From Flavobacteriales bacterium UBA3477 (GTDB lineage Bacteria > Bacteroidota > Bacteroidia > Flavobacteriales > Schleiferiaceae): a DNA stretch of 64,000 nt. A program made the position numbers and the translations under genes. The notes beneath the pieces are model-generated. The model saw nothing but the letters and a program-made list of their open reading frames with translations, was not told the origin of the DNA and ran no database searches. The DNA is taken from positions 31,824 through 95,823 of the forward strand of contig DFQY01000053.1 of assembly GCA_002378005.1 (NCBI GenBank). The letters are read 5' to 3'. The number at the start of each line of letters is the position of its first letter. Position 1 is the stretch's first letter. Shown here piece after piece: positions 1 to 12,815 of this stretch.

Positions 1-766
1 AGAAGATGTTCAATAGCCAACTGTTTGGACGCTTTTGATTGGGTTCTTGAAGCTTTTGCAGGGTAGTGCTCATCGTGGATAAGGCCTGTTCGTGGTTTTC
101 TACCTTGTACATAAGGTCTAAACCCTGACGATGGTAGAGGTACCAACATTCCTTCACAGGTTCAAATACCGGGCTATTGAGTTGATCCGCAATCCAAAAT
201 CTGTTTTTGGTACCGTCGAAGCTCTTCCAGCCGCTTGCCCCTCCGCCACTTTGTGCAGTGGTTACAATACTTTGCGCGATGGCGAACTCCGCATCGCCCC
301 CATTGGCCTTAAATGTAGTTCTGTCGGCCCCTATTATGGTATAAGCATAGAAGGCTAAAATCGAGCTGAGATTCGTAGTGTATGAATTTTGTTGGAAATC
401 GATGGGTTCATTTTCACGGTAACTAAAGACTACATCCTTGTCTAGAATATTTAGTACCGGGCTGCTGTATTTAGAACCATAGATGGGTCTAGAGTATTGA
501 ACCTGAAGAGTAGCATCAAATTTGTTTCCGTTCAAACTCTTCACGGTAAGGATGAAACTGCATTCTATGCGCTCATCATCGGCATATTTATAATCCGTCC
601 ATGAATTTCCATTGAGGAAATTATCTAAACTGGTTTCTAATGCTTGAAAAATGTCTTTGTTGGTAGCCTGTACTTCGGGACTCAGGACCTTTACGGTGGC
701 CCGTAGTTCCTGAGCTACAAGTACATTGCATAGAAATGCGAGAAGGAAGAGAATGCGAATTTTCAT
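1..766 (-). CDS. DUF4835-family exported protein (N-terminal part; the C-terminus lies beyond the window start)
   Basis: Absent from the ORF track because it runs off the edge. My hand translation from the ATG at 766 gives MKIRILFLLAFLCNVLVAQELRATVKVLSPEVQATNKDIFQA... and stays open to nt 2 (...LQKLQEPNQKRPNSWLLNIF). It has a signal peptide, and the position next to coaBC-rpoZ-bamD matches recalled Flavobacteriia synteny. Confidence 0.6.
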   Translation of the reverse strand, partial: MKIRILFLLAFLCNVLVAQELRATVKVLSPEVQATNKDIFQALETSLDNFLNGNSWTDYKYADDERIECSFILTVKSLNGNKFDATLQVQYSRPIYGSKYSSPVLNILDKDVVFSYRENEPIDFQQNSYTTNLSSILAFYAYTIIGADRTTFKANGGDAEFAIAQSIVTTAQSGGGASGWKSFDGTKNRFWIADQLNSPVFEPVKECWYLYHRQGLDLMYKVENHEQALSTMSTTLQKLQEPNQKRPNSWLLNIF

Positions 767-768
767 TC

Positions 769-1989
769 TTATAAGTTAAACCAATGGATGAAATCTTGAA
801 CTAATTGGCCCCCTAAATCTTCCTTGGATTGTAAAGGATAATTTTTAGAAGTACCATCGGATAAGAAAACGGTGACCTCGTTGGTTTTCGTGTGGAACCC
901 AACACCCTCCTTGCTCATTTCATTAAGCACAATGGCATCGGCATTTTTCTTGGCAAGCTTGCCTTTGGCGTATTCCGCGCCATTTTGAGTTTCTAGTGCA
1001 AATCCCACTAGCTTTTGACCTTTGCGTTTCAATGCTGCCAAGGATGCAAGAATATCTCTAGTAGGCACCATTTTTAAGACGAGCTCGGACTCAGACCCTT
1101 TCTTAATCTTTTGAGCACTTTGGCTTTCCGTCGTGAAATCTGCGACAGCAGCTGTACAAATAGTTAAGTCCGCTTGAGAGAAGGAATCTTTCATCGCCAA
1201 CCACATCTCTTCTGCAGATGTAGTTTGAATGACATTGAGTCCTTGTAGGTCTAAGGCCGTATCCGTTGGGCCCAGCACCAAGGTAGTATCAGCTCCTAGT
1301 TTTCTTGCGGCCTGAGCAATGGCGACCCCCATCCTACCTGAGCTATTGTTTCCAATGAATCGAACAGGGTCAATATGCTCGTGTGTAGGACCTGCATTGA
1401 TGAGTACCTGTTTTCCTGACAAGGGCAATGATTTGGCCAATTCTGCTTCAATTGCCTCTACTATATGTTCTGGTTCTGCCAGACGTCCCTTGCCTTCGAG
1501 TCCAGAGGCAAGTTCTCCTTCCTCGCTGTCGATGATGTGAACGCCTCTCGCACTAAGAGTGCCAAGGTTATCTTGTGTCGCACCGTTGGCATACATGTCC
1601 AAATCCATTGCCGGCGCTACATACACAGGACACTTTGCGCTCAAGTAAACGGCAGTCAACAAATTATCGCATGCTCCCGTTGCCATCTTGGACAATGTGT
1701 TTGAGGAGGCTGGTGCAATGAGCATAAGGTCAGCCCATAATCCCATGTCCACGTGATTATTCCAAACACCATAGGCCTTTTGATCATCTTCAATAAACTC
1801 ACTGTATACAGGACGTTTACTCAAGGTAGATAAGGTAAGAGGGGTAATGAAATCCTTTGCAGCATGGGTCATGACTACCTGGACTTCAGCACCCCTCTTA
1901 ATGAGTTCTCGAACAATAAAAGCGCTTTTGTATGCGGCAATACTCCCGGCAACACCGAGCAGTACCTTTCGCTTATACAAAAGGCTCAT
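769..1989 (-). CDS. coaBC: Bifunctional phosphopantothenoylcysteine decarboxylase / phosphopantothenate-cysteine ligase
   Basis: 406 aa. The N-terminal flavoprotein half has VLLGVAGSIAAYKS and the C-terminal CoaB half has INAGPTHEHIDPVRFIGNNSSGRMG. Confidence 0.92.
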   Translation of the reverse strand: MSLLYKRKVLLGVAGSIAAYKSAFIVRELIKRGAEVQVVMTHAAKDFITPLTLSTLSKRPVYSEFIEDDQKAYGVWNNHVDMGLWADLMLIAPASSNTLSKMATGACDNLLTAVYLSAKCPVYVAPAMDLDMYANGATQDNLGTLSARGVHIIDSEEGELASGLEGKGRLAEPEHIVEAIEAELAKSLPLSGKQVLINAGPTHEHIDPVRFIGNNSSGRMGVAIAQAARKLGADTTLVLGPTDTALDLQGLNVIQTTSAEEMWLAMKDSFSQADLTICTAAVADFTTESQSAQKIKKGSESELVLKMVPTRDILASLAALKRKGQKLVGFALETQNGAEYAKGKLAKKNADAIVLNEMSKEGVGFHTKTNEVTVFLSDGTSKNYPLQSKEDLGGQLVQDFIHWFNL

Positions 1990-1996
1990 TTCGCGA

Positions 1997-2317
1997 CTAC
2001 TTTTCTTCTTCCTTGCGGAAGTAAATTCTGTTCTCCAACCACTCTTGTAATGCTAGAGCAGTTGGTTTTGGCAAGCTTTCGTAGAACTTACTCACCTCGA
2101 TTTGCTCTTTGTTTTCAAAGATTTCCTCAAGTGATTCCGTAGAAGAAGCAAATTCCTCAAGCTTCGCGTGTAGCTCTTCACGAGTAGAATCGTTGATTTG
2201 CTCAGCACGTTTTGCGATGATCGTCAATGCTTCGTACACGTTATCCGTTACAGCATCGATTTCGTTGATGTTGTGCGTGCGGGTAGTTTTATCCGCTTGC
2301 ATTTTTTTAAAATCCAT
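1997..2317 (-). CDS. rpoZ: DNA-directed RNA polymerase subunit omega (Bacteroidota type)
   Basis: 106 aa acidic protein containing DNVYEALTIIAKRAEQIN, lying between coaBC and bamD as in other Flavobacteriia. Confidence 0.75.
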   Translation of the reverse strand: MDFKKMQADKTTRTHNINEIDAVTDNVYEALTIIAKRAEQINDSTREELHAKLEEFASSTESLEEIFENKEQIEVSKFYESLPKPTALALQEWLENRIYFRKEEEK

Positions 2318-2332
2318 AGTTATTAGGATGTA

Positions 2333-3100
2333 TTAAGGATTCATTTTCTTTAAATCTTCAAGCTTTTCACTTGATGGAAAGGCGACTTCAAAATCGTTCA
2401 GCGCTGTTCTCGCTTCGCGGTAACGTTCCTCCTGAAGTTGCTCGAGACTATTATCAGCAAGTTTGTAGGCTGCAATAGCTCTATAGTACATCGCATCCTC
2501 GCGGTACGGCGTATCTGGGTATTCGCTCAAGGTTGTTGTGAACGCAGTTATGGCTGCCTTGTAATTCCTTGTGCGGTAGTATTGATAAGCGATTTCATAG
2601 CTTTTTGTTTCCAATCTGCTTCGTAAATCTTCCATGTATTCATTACACTCATTTATCTTATCAGAACCAGGGTGTGTGTTAATGAACAATTGAATTTCGT
2701 TGATAGCCTTGTACGTGAAGGCTTGGTCTAAGCTATGCTCCGGCGCTTCTAGGTAATAACAATACGCCGTTAAAAACGCAGCTTCATCTGCCTTTTCATT
2801 ATTTGGGAACGTCTTGTAGAAGTTCTTGAAATGGTATCCGGCCAAGATGTAATCTCTTTGCTTGTACAACGTGTGAGCATAGTAGAAATACACTTCTTGT
2901 GCCTTGTGCGTTCCGCGATACAGTGTGATTAACTCGTCGAAAATGGGGTAAGCTTTATTGTACTCACCGGCATCGTAATATTCGACTGCCTTGGAGAATT
3001 TATAATCCAAGTCTTTGCTCTTGAGCACTTCCTGGTATTCACCACAGCTCATCAGCAACAGGGAAACCCCTACTAAATATGATATAAACGGTACCTTCAT
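2333..3100 (-). CDS. bamD: Outer membrane protein assembly factor BamD (TPR lipoprotein)
   Basis: 255 aa with a lipoprotein-type signal (LLLMSCG) and Tyr/Ala-rich TPR-like repeats throughout. Synteny with rpoZ supports the call. Confidence 0.8.
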   Translation of the reverse strand: MKVPFISYLVGVSLLLMSCGEYQEVLKSKDLDYKFSKAVEYYDAGEYNKAYPIFDELITLYRGTHKAQEVYFYYAHTLYKQRDYILAGYHFKNFYKTFPNNEKADEAAFLTAYCYYLEAPEHSLDQAFTYKAINEIQLFINTHPGSDKINECNEYMEDLRSRLETKSYEIAYQYYRTRNYKAAITAFTTTLSEYPDTPYREDAMYYRAIAAYKLADNSLEQLQEERYREARTALNDFEVAFPSSEKLEDLKKMNP

Positions 3101-3121
3101 GAAGGTGCAAATGTAGTGTTT

Positions 3122-4147
3122 TTACCACACTTGTAAAGAGGAAATATCGTCGAGCGGTACTCCTTTTTCAGCATTTTTAACAATCCCTTTTACGAGCTCG
3201 TCCGCGTAATCTGGCCATCTGATGTAATGAAGAGTTGGAGCGGATAAAAATTCATGAATCTCAGGCTTGAAATTTTCAGAGAATTCTGGGATCATTTTGA
3301 GACCAATTTTCTCAGCAGCTAATCCATTACACAACTGCTCGTATTGCCCTTTAATAGGAATGACCAACACTTTTTTGCCTAAATGAACTGCCTCAGCAGG
3401 TGCTTCAAAGCCGGCTCCACATATTAGACCCGTACATGTGCGAAGGGATTCTTTAAATCCTTGTACACTCGCCGGCTTGACGCTAACATTAGTATACTCA
3501 AAGCTTGCCTTATCCTTGGCAAACACTTCGAAATTAGTAGTTGGGAAGCCCTGAAGTATCCTCGAAATGAATCTACTATCATACGAAGGCAGATATACTG
3601 TATAATGCCCGTAATCCATGGGTGTTAGTAACCGAATCTCTCCTCTAATGATGGGTGGCAACACCTTTGGCCCAAAAGCTTGAAAATGAAATCCAATAGC
3701 ATAGGTCGCAGGAGACATATTGCGCAATACCCATTCCCAGTGCCAAATTTTTTTTGTTGGCCTTGGCGCATCCGGTGATAAATAGGCTGCCTGATGGCTT
3801 AATTGTAGTGCCTTTACTCCTCTCAGCTTGCACGCATAGGAAGTGACGGCTTCGAAGTCAATAATGACGAGATCATACTGTTTTACCGGTAAACGGAGGA
3901 CGTCCAAACAAAATTGGACCAATTTATTCTTCCATAAACTTCTCCAATAACTTACTGCTCCGTGCTTATCGTACACCATGGCCAAACCGTGAAACTTGTA
4001 GCGTATGGGCACTCCTACATCCAAATCAGATTCTGTGCCGGCGATCAGTACATCTACGGATCCATACTGAGCAAATCTTGGGATAAGGTCCCTTGCTCGC
4101 GCTACATGGCCGTTACCGGTGCCTTGGAAGGCATATAAGATTTTCAA
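3122..4147 (-). CDS. Glycosyltransferase (GT-B, MJ1255/TIGR00661-like), substrate unknown
   Basis: 341 aa. The N-terminus MKILYAFQGTGNGHVARARDLIPRF is typical of this uncharacterised GT family. It sits 2 nt downstream of the LpxH-like gene. Confidence 0.6.
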   Translation of the reverse strand: MKILYAFQGTGNGHVARARDLIPRFAQYGSVDVLIAGTESDLDVGVPIRYKFHGLAMVYDKHGAVSYWRSLWKNKLVQFCLDVLRLPVKQYDLVIIDFEAVTSYACKLRGVKALQLSHQAAYLSPDAPRPTKKIWHWEWVLRNMSPATYAIGFHFQAFGPKVLPPIIRGEIRLLTPMDYGHYTVYLPSYDSRFISRILQGFPTTNFEVFAKDKASFEYTNVSVKPASVQGFKESLRTCTGLICGAGFEAPAEAVHLGKKVLVIPIKGQYEQLCNGLAAEKIGLKMIPEFSENFKPEIHEFLSAPTLHYIRWPDYADELVKGIVKNAEKGVPLDDISSLQVW

Positions 4148-4149
4148 TA

Positions 4150-4992
4150 TTATGCTGATTTGCTCCGTACTTCGACGATATCTTCCAATAACTCCTCAGG
4201 CGTGAATTCTATGATATCATCCTCCTCTTTAGAGTTTTCAGCATCTAATTTACCAAATGGGTAAGTGTATAGACTCCATTTTCCATTAGAATGTTCGAGC
4301 GCGCTTAAGTTTTCTACCCAATCCCCGCTATTCATGTAAACGGTAGTCCCTTTGCTGTTTTTAACCTTTCTAATTTGTGGCTTATGTATGTGCCCACAGA
4401 TCACTGAATGGTAACCCTTTTCAATGGCCAATTCTGCCGCAACGTTTTCAAAATCAGCAATAAACTTTACGGCCTTTTTAACACTATCCTTGATTTTTTT
4501 TGAAAGGGAGTATTTCTCTTTACCTCGTTTTTCTAGGTAAAGATTCACCGTTCTATTAATCCATATTAATAGGTCGTAACCCCACCCTCCTAGCTTAGCG
4601 ATGAACTTAGCCTGCTGTATACTAATGTCAAAAACATCCCCGTGAAAGATCCAGGTCTTTTTTCCCTCTTGCTCAATAATGAGTTTGTTCGCCACCTTAA
4701 TGTTTCCCAAGTCGAAACCAACAAATCGTCGCAATGCTTCATCATGGTTGCCGGTCAGGTAGTCCACTTGGACCCCGTTTGCCGCCATCTTCAAAAAAGT
4801 TCGGACTACTTTTAAATGCGACTTCGGAAAGTATCGCTTGCGAAAATTCCAAATATCAATGATATCACCATTTAAAACTAATCGTTTCGGCTCAATCGAT
4901 TTTAGGTAGTCGTTGAGTTCTTTTGCGTGACAACCAAATGTACCCAAGTGAAGGTCACTCATGACGCAGATATCTAACTTCCTTTTTTCCAT
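4150..4992 (-). CDS. UDP-2,3-diacylglucosamine diphosphatase-like metallophosphoesterase (LpxH family)
   Basis: Carries calcineurin-type motifs ICVMSDLHLG, LNGDIIDIWNF, GNHDE and ICGHIHKPQ. I prefer the ATG at 4992 (MEKRKLD...) over the TTG at 5010 used by the ORF track. Confidence 0.72.
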   Translation of the reverse strand: MEKRKLDICVMSDLHLGTFGCHAKELNDYLKSIEPKRLVLNGDIIDIWNFRKRYFPKSHLKVVRTFLKMAANGVQVDYLTGNHDEALRRFVGFDLGNIKVANKLIIEQEGKKTWIFHGDVFDISIQQAKFIAKLGGWGYDLLIWINRTVNLYLEKRGKEKYSLSKKIKDSVKKAVKFIADFENVAAELAIEKGYHSVICGHIHKPQIRKVKNSKGTTVYMNSGDWVENLSALEHSNGKWSLYTYPFGKLDAENSKEEDDIIEFTPEELLEDIVEVRSKSA

Positions 4993-5085
4993 GGCAAAGC
5001 ATTTTAACAAACATGCGATGTCGCCGCGGATACTAGGTTATAGAACCGTTAGAGTAATATTAAAGAATATGTGATTATCAACAAC

Positions 5086-5969
5086 TTAAAGTTGCAGTTG
5101 TGTTAACTCAGTGGCAAGTTGGTTGCGAAGATCTGCACTCGCCGGAATAAGTGGCAAACGAACAGCATCACCGCAAATACCGCGTAAATCTAAAAGTGCT
5201 TTAATGCCTGCAGGATTTCCTTCAGCGAATAATAGATTGGTTAAATCAAATAAGGCTAAATGTGCTTCTCGTGCAGTGTAAAAATCTCCCTCAAGCGCCG
5301 AATCAACCATCTTGCAAAAGACTTCAGGCACTCCTTGGCCACTCACTGAAATAACCCCTTCGCCGCCAAGAAGTATCATATGTAAGGTCAAGTTGTCATC
5401 TCCAGAAATAACTTGGAAGCCGTCCGGGCGATTCATCAAGATTTCCGTGATTTGATCCAAATTGCCACTCGCCTCCTTGATGGCCACGATATTACCAAAG
5501 TCCTTAGCTAAGCGTACGGTAGTTTCCGCACTAATATTACTACTGGTTCGACCCGGTACATTGTACAAGATGATAGGCAACGTGCTGCATTGACTCAAGG
5601 CAGCATAATGTTGGTAGATCCCCTCTTGTGTGGGTTTGTTGTAATATGGACTCGCACTAAGAATGGCGCTCACACCCTCGACATCGAAGTTGGAAATTTC
5701 ATCCATTAAGGCCTGTGTGTTGTTGCCACCGATGCCATAAATAATGGGTACTCGGTCCTGTGCTTGTGCAATGACAGTTTGTAAAATCAACGACTTCTCT
5801 TCCGAAGTCAACGTCGGATTCTCTGCGGTGGTTCCATTAACGACGAGGTAATCTACCCCATTACTAATGCAATGCTCAACCAATTTTTTTAGGCCTTCAT
5901 AATCCACACTTCTATTGTCGTGAAATGGAGTAATTAATGCCACTCCAACACCTGTTAAATCGATGGTTC

Positions 5970-5973
<4 letters not shown>
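5086..5973 (-). CDS. dapA: 4-hydroxy-tetrahydrodipicolinate synthase
   Basis: 295 aa with GVGVALITPF and the active-site Lys context VAIKEASGN. Confidence 0.92.
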
Positions 5974-9240
<3,267 letters not shown>

Positions 9241-9278
9241 ACTTTTCGAAAATAGCTACACTACCCTACCTTTGTTAC

Positions 9279-10292
9279 ATGTCAGATCGCAAGTTTCTCA
9301 CACGTTGCTTACAATTGGCCAATTATGCTCGGGGAAACACCTCTCCCAACCCGTTAGTGGGAGCCGTGGTTGTGCACAAGGGTCGAATTATAGGCGAAGG
9401 TTACCACCACCGCGCCGGCGAACCCCATGCGGAAGTGATGGCCATCCGATCTGTGAAGGACCCATCATTACTGCCTGAATCTACTGTTTACTGTAGCCTG
9501 GAACCTTGTTCTCATTTCGGAAAAACCCCACCGTGCAGCCATCTTCTGGTGAAGCATGGTGTAGAACGTGTGGTGATCGGTTGTTTGGACCCTAATCCTA
9601 TAGTTGAAGGTCGCGGCAAAGACTACTTAGAACAATACGGGATCCAAGTAGATGTTTACGAAGCTCCTGAAGCGTTTGAAGCGCTCAACAAAGTGTTCTT
9701 CACTAACTTCCTAAAAAAGAGGCCTTATATCGCGTTAAAATGGGCCCGTTCACAAGACGGATACGTAGATCACGTTCGAGAAAGTGTTGACGTGCCAGCT
9801 GCTTCTATATCAGGACCTTTAGCGGCTATTAACACGCACAAATTAAGGGCTGAGTATGACGGTATACTCATTAGTGCGAAAACATTAGTATTAGACCGAC
9901 CTAGGTTGAACCTCAGGTATTTTGGAGGTAAAGCGCCGAGACCAATTATCGTAGGATCCCGAACTTTAAAAATTGGACCCAAGGAATTATCTGCGTTTGA
10001 AATTTCCCCATTAATCGTAACCACAGAAGTAATCCCGGGATTTGATTGCATACAAGTGGATCCGAGAGATGTGGCCCAATGGCTACCTAAACTCCTCGAA
10101 CATCGCGTGTTTAGCGTATTGGTCGAAGGCGGCCCCACTCTGCAATCCTCGTTCGTTCGCACCAATCTAGTGGACGAATACCATGAATACGTTAGTTCAG
10201 AGACCTTAGGCCACGGAGTGCCCGCAATTGCGATCAATCCGAATTCCACGATAATGTTGGGTTCGGACCAATACAACAAGCTCATTGGATAG
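9279..10292 (+). CDS. ribD: Bifunctional diaminohydroxyphosphoribosylaminopyrimidine deaminase / 5-amino-6-(5-phosphoribosylamino)uracil reductase
   Basis: Deaminase motifs HAEVMAI and CSLEPCSHFGKTPPC, followed by a reductase half. I start it at the ATG at 9279 (MSDRKFLTRCL...). The track's 9153 start would overlap prmC and adds non-homologous residues. Confidence 0.9.
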   Translation: MSDRKFLTRCLQLANYARGNTSPNPLVGAVVVHKGRIIGEGYHHRAGEPHAEVMAIRSVKDPSLLPESTVYCSLEPCSHFGKTPPCSHLLVKHGVERVVIGCLDPNPIVEGRGKDYLEQYGIQVDVYEAPEAFEALNKVFFTNFLKKRPYIALKWARSQDGYVDHVRESVDVPAASISGPLAAINTHKLRAEYDGILISAKTLVLDRPRLNLRYFGGKAPRPIIVGSRTLKIGPKELSAFEISPLIVTTEVIPGFDCIQVDPRDVAQWLPKLLEHRVFSVLVEGGPTLQSSFVRTNLVDEYHEYVSSETLGHGVPAIAINPNSTIMLGSDQYNKLIG

Positions 10293-10884
10293 TTTTCGCA
10301 CCATAACAGAGCCTTGTGTTGCGGATATCAAAGAGAAAGGCAGTGTGTTCAAGGCCTACTTGCTTCCAGTACAATCAACGGAGAGCTTTTTCAACCAATT
10401 GGGTTTTATCAAAGAACAAGAGCCCAAGGCAAATCATCATTGTTGGGCCTACAGGATTGATCCAGACGGCCTATTAGAACGTTCCTCAGACGATGGTGAG
10501 CCCTCTAATACCGCTAGTGCACCCATTCTCCGAGCCCTGATTTCCGCGGAATTGTACAACGTGGCGGTGGTCGTGGTTCGGTATTTCGGAGGCATAAAAC
10601 TTGGGGTCTCTGGACTTATTTCCGCCTATGGAGATGCCACTCGGGCAGTAATTAATAGCGCACCTATTTTGGAAACCAAACTGACTTGGACCTTGAGTAT
10701 AACGTTTGGCTATAATCAAATCTCCTTTGTAGAGCGTATCTGCAAATCAAGTGCAGTGGAAATATTAGAGCGCAACCAAGAGGCAACGTTGACCTACCAT
10801 ATCTCGGTAATAAGAAGTAATTTCGAAGAAATCAAAGGTCAACTTGAAGCCAATCACCTCCTTACTGTTCGCACTGATTTGTAG
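10285..10884 (+). CDS. YigZ / IMPACT-family protein (UPF0029)
   Basis: 199 aa with KGSVFKAYL and NHHCWAYRI, typical of the YigZ N-terminal domain. Confidence 0.75.
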   Translation: MDSFRTITEPCVADIKEKGSVFKAYLLPVQSTESFFNQLGFIKEQEPKANHHCWAYRIDPDGLLERSSDDGEPSNTASAPILRALISAELYNVAVVVVRYFGGIKLGVSGLISAYGDATRAVINSAPILETKLTWTLSITFGYNQISFVERICKSSAVEILERNQEATLTYHISVIRSNFEEIKGQLEANHLLTVRTDL

Positions 10885-12418
10885 CACCACTTTCGCGCAA
10901 AATCGTCCAGGCGTAGAATATCGCCATACTCTAACGAAAAAGACGCCTTTTGCGACCTATGAGCGGTATGCCATAAAATACAAAGGTTTGGCGATTGTTG
11001 ACGGGCAATATTTGGAGGCCCGATCTTTCACTGGTCAAAAGTTGAAGTCATGGAGAAGCATTTCTTATGAAAAGCTGGACCAATTACCTGCTTCACCCCA
11101 AGGTCCCGCATTATGGTATGCCGATAATTCTTGGAAGTCCGTTGAAGTAGATACGGTTCTTTCGGGATCAAAACACGAGTTGGTTATTTCTCAGAATGGA
11201 ACAATTCTAGAGCGACGTGATCTTACCGCACATGCCCTCGACACAACCGTAGCGGTACGGGTATTTAATCCAGACCCGCTCACCCCCTTTGGTTACAGTT
11301 ATGGCGGTAGTTATGTGGATATGAATGATGGAAATGGGGGCATTTTAGATTCCCTAGCCATTATAGATAGCATTACGGTCAATACCAACGCAGGTGGTGC
11401 CATTCTGGAGAATCAATACCTCAAGGTGGTAGATTTTGATGCCCCCTACATTGCCCCTAGTACCAATGCCTCACAATGGATGGCCAGTCGTTCTGATGAT
11501 GCCTTTGAACAAGTGATGGTGGTATATCACATTACGCTTTGGAACCAATACCTAGATAGCTTGGGATATGATAGTGTGTTGAACTATGCCATCCATGTGG
11601 ATCCACAAGCCTTAAATGGCCAGGATCAAAGTATGTTCAACTTCGGGTACAACCCTCCCCGCCTGTATTTTGGGGAAGGCGGTGTGGATGATGCAGAGGA
11701 TGCCGATGTGATCATTCATGAGTTGAGTCATGCCATATCTCATGGAGCGTCGCCAAATACAAATACAGGTACTGAAAGACGCACGTTTGATGAGGCCTTC
11801 GGAGATTACTTTGCGGAACGCTATGGTCGACGACTAGGCATTACAAGTACTAGAGTATTTGATTGGGACGGAAACAATACCTTTTGGAATGGACGCTCGA
11901 TCAGTTATGATGGATCCAAGAATTACAACACGATCTTCTTTTCTAATATCTACCAACACACAGATTTGATGTCTAGTGCCATGCTCGAGTTTTCGGGTGC
12001 TGCAGGAGTTCAGCCCGCGATTGCTGACCAAATAATTTTGGAAGCAGTGCATATGTTAATGCCAAACCAAGGATTGAGAAAAATTGCTCAAAACATTCTT
12101 TTTGCAGATTCATTGGTCACTGGCGGGTCTTATCAATCACAGATACAACAGAGCTTTGGAGCGCCGAAAAACATCCTCAATCAAAACGACATAAAGGAAC
12201 TAACGGAATCACAAGGCTGCCAATTATACTATACGAAAGATGGGTGGTTATTGAACCCCAAAGCAGCTACTGAAATAAGTGTGAGCTTATTCAACACGGC
12301 GGGTCAACTTTTGAGTATAACAAGCACCACGGAAACATTACTAATTAATGATAATCAGGTGTTTATGATTGTTGTGAAGCTTGATTCTGGAGAGGTGATG
12401 ACCTTTAAAGTGCCTTAA
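10844..12418 (+). CDS. Secreted gluzincin-type zinc metalloprotease with a probable T9SS C-terminal sorting domain
   Basis: Signal peptide MKPITSLLFALICSTTFAQ from a TTG start. VIIHELSHAISHG plus FDEAFGDYFA about 25 aa downstream gives thermolysin-like HExxH...E spacing. The beta-rich C-terminal ~80 aa resembles a T9SS CTD. Confidence 0.62.
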   Translation: MKPITSLLFALICSTTFAQNRPGVEYRHTLTKKTPFATYERYAIKYKGLAIVDGQYLEARSFTGQKLKSWRSISYEKLDQLPASPQGPALWYADNSWKSVEVDTVLSGSKHELVISQNGTILERRDLTAHALDTTVAVRVFNPDPLTPFGYSYGGSYVDMNDGNGGILDSLAIIDSITVNTNAGGAILENQYLKVVDFDAPYIAPSTNASQWMASRSDDAFEQVMVVYHITLWNQYLDSLGYDSVLNYAIHVDPQALNGQDQSMFNFGYNPPRLYFGEGGVDDAEDADVIIHELSHAISHGASPNTNTGTERRTFDEAFGDYFAERYGRRLGITSTRVFDWDGNNTFWNGRSISYDGSKNYNTIFFSNIYQHTDLMSSAMLEFSGAAGVQPAIADQIILEAVHMLMPNQGLRKIAQNILFADSLVTGGSYQSQIQQSFGAPKNILNQNDIKELTESQGCQLYYTKDGWLLNPKAATEISVSLFNTAGQLLSITSTTETLLINDNQVFMIVVKLDSGEVMTFKVP

Positions 12419-12815
12419 GCAGGACTTGTAAATCAGAAGGACAGCTCTTAGGCTTGAAGGTTTCTGTATCACAAAAAACAAGAACTACTTTACCGGTAAC
12501 CAGCGTATTGCCTGACCCATCTCTAAGGTGGTGGTAAAATGATATCTTCCTGGTGGGTAGCTCGATCAATCTAGTTTCCAAAAAGATTTGCTCGTCATAC
12601 TTCGCGCCACGTTTAAAATCGATACTCATGTGGACTACAGGAAGCATCGTTCCAGTCTCTTCCATTTGAGCATATGTCATTCCTATTTGACGAAGTAATT
12701 CTACCCTTCCAACTTCAAAATATGAGGCGTAGTTTCCGTAGTACACAACACCCATTTGATCCGTCTCCGAATATCTAGGGCGAAATTCTGTAAAATTTGA
12801 AATATTTAATTCCAT
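12405..12815 (-). CDS. Acyl-CoA thioesterase (4HBT / YbgC-like hotdog fold)
   Basis: YSETDQMGVVYYGNYASYFEVGR is the typical 4HBT N-terminal motif. I prefer the ATG at 12815 (MELNISNF...) over the TTG at 12827. Confidence 0.75.
   Translation of the reverse strand: MELNISNFTEFRPRYSETDQMGVVYYGNYASYFEVGRVELLRQIGMTYAQMEETGTMLPVVHMSIDFKRGAKYDEQIFLETRLIELPTRKISFYHHLRDGSGNTLVTGKVVLVFCDTETFKPKSCPSDLQVLLKAL

Noticed and set aside
131-358. 75-aa plus-strand ORF at the window start
   Set aside because: It is antisense to the DUF4835-family gene, which stays open across the whole 1..766 region and has a convincing signal peptide and family-like opening.
9770-10285. 171-aa minus-strand ORF antisense to ribD
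   Set aside because: It lies inside a confidently called ribD reductase domain and has no signal or motif, so I treat it as a shadow ORF.
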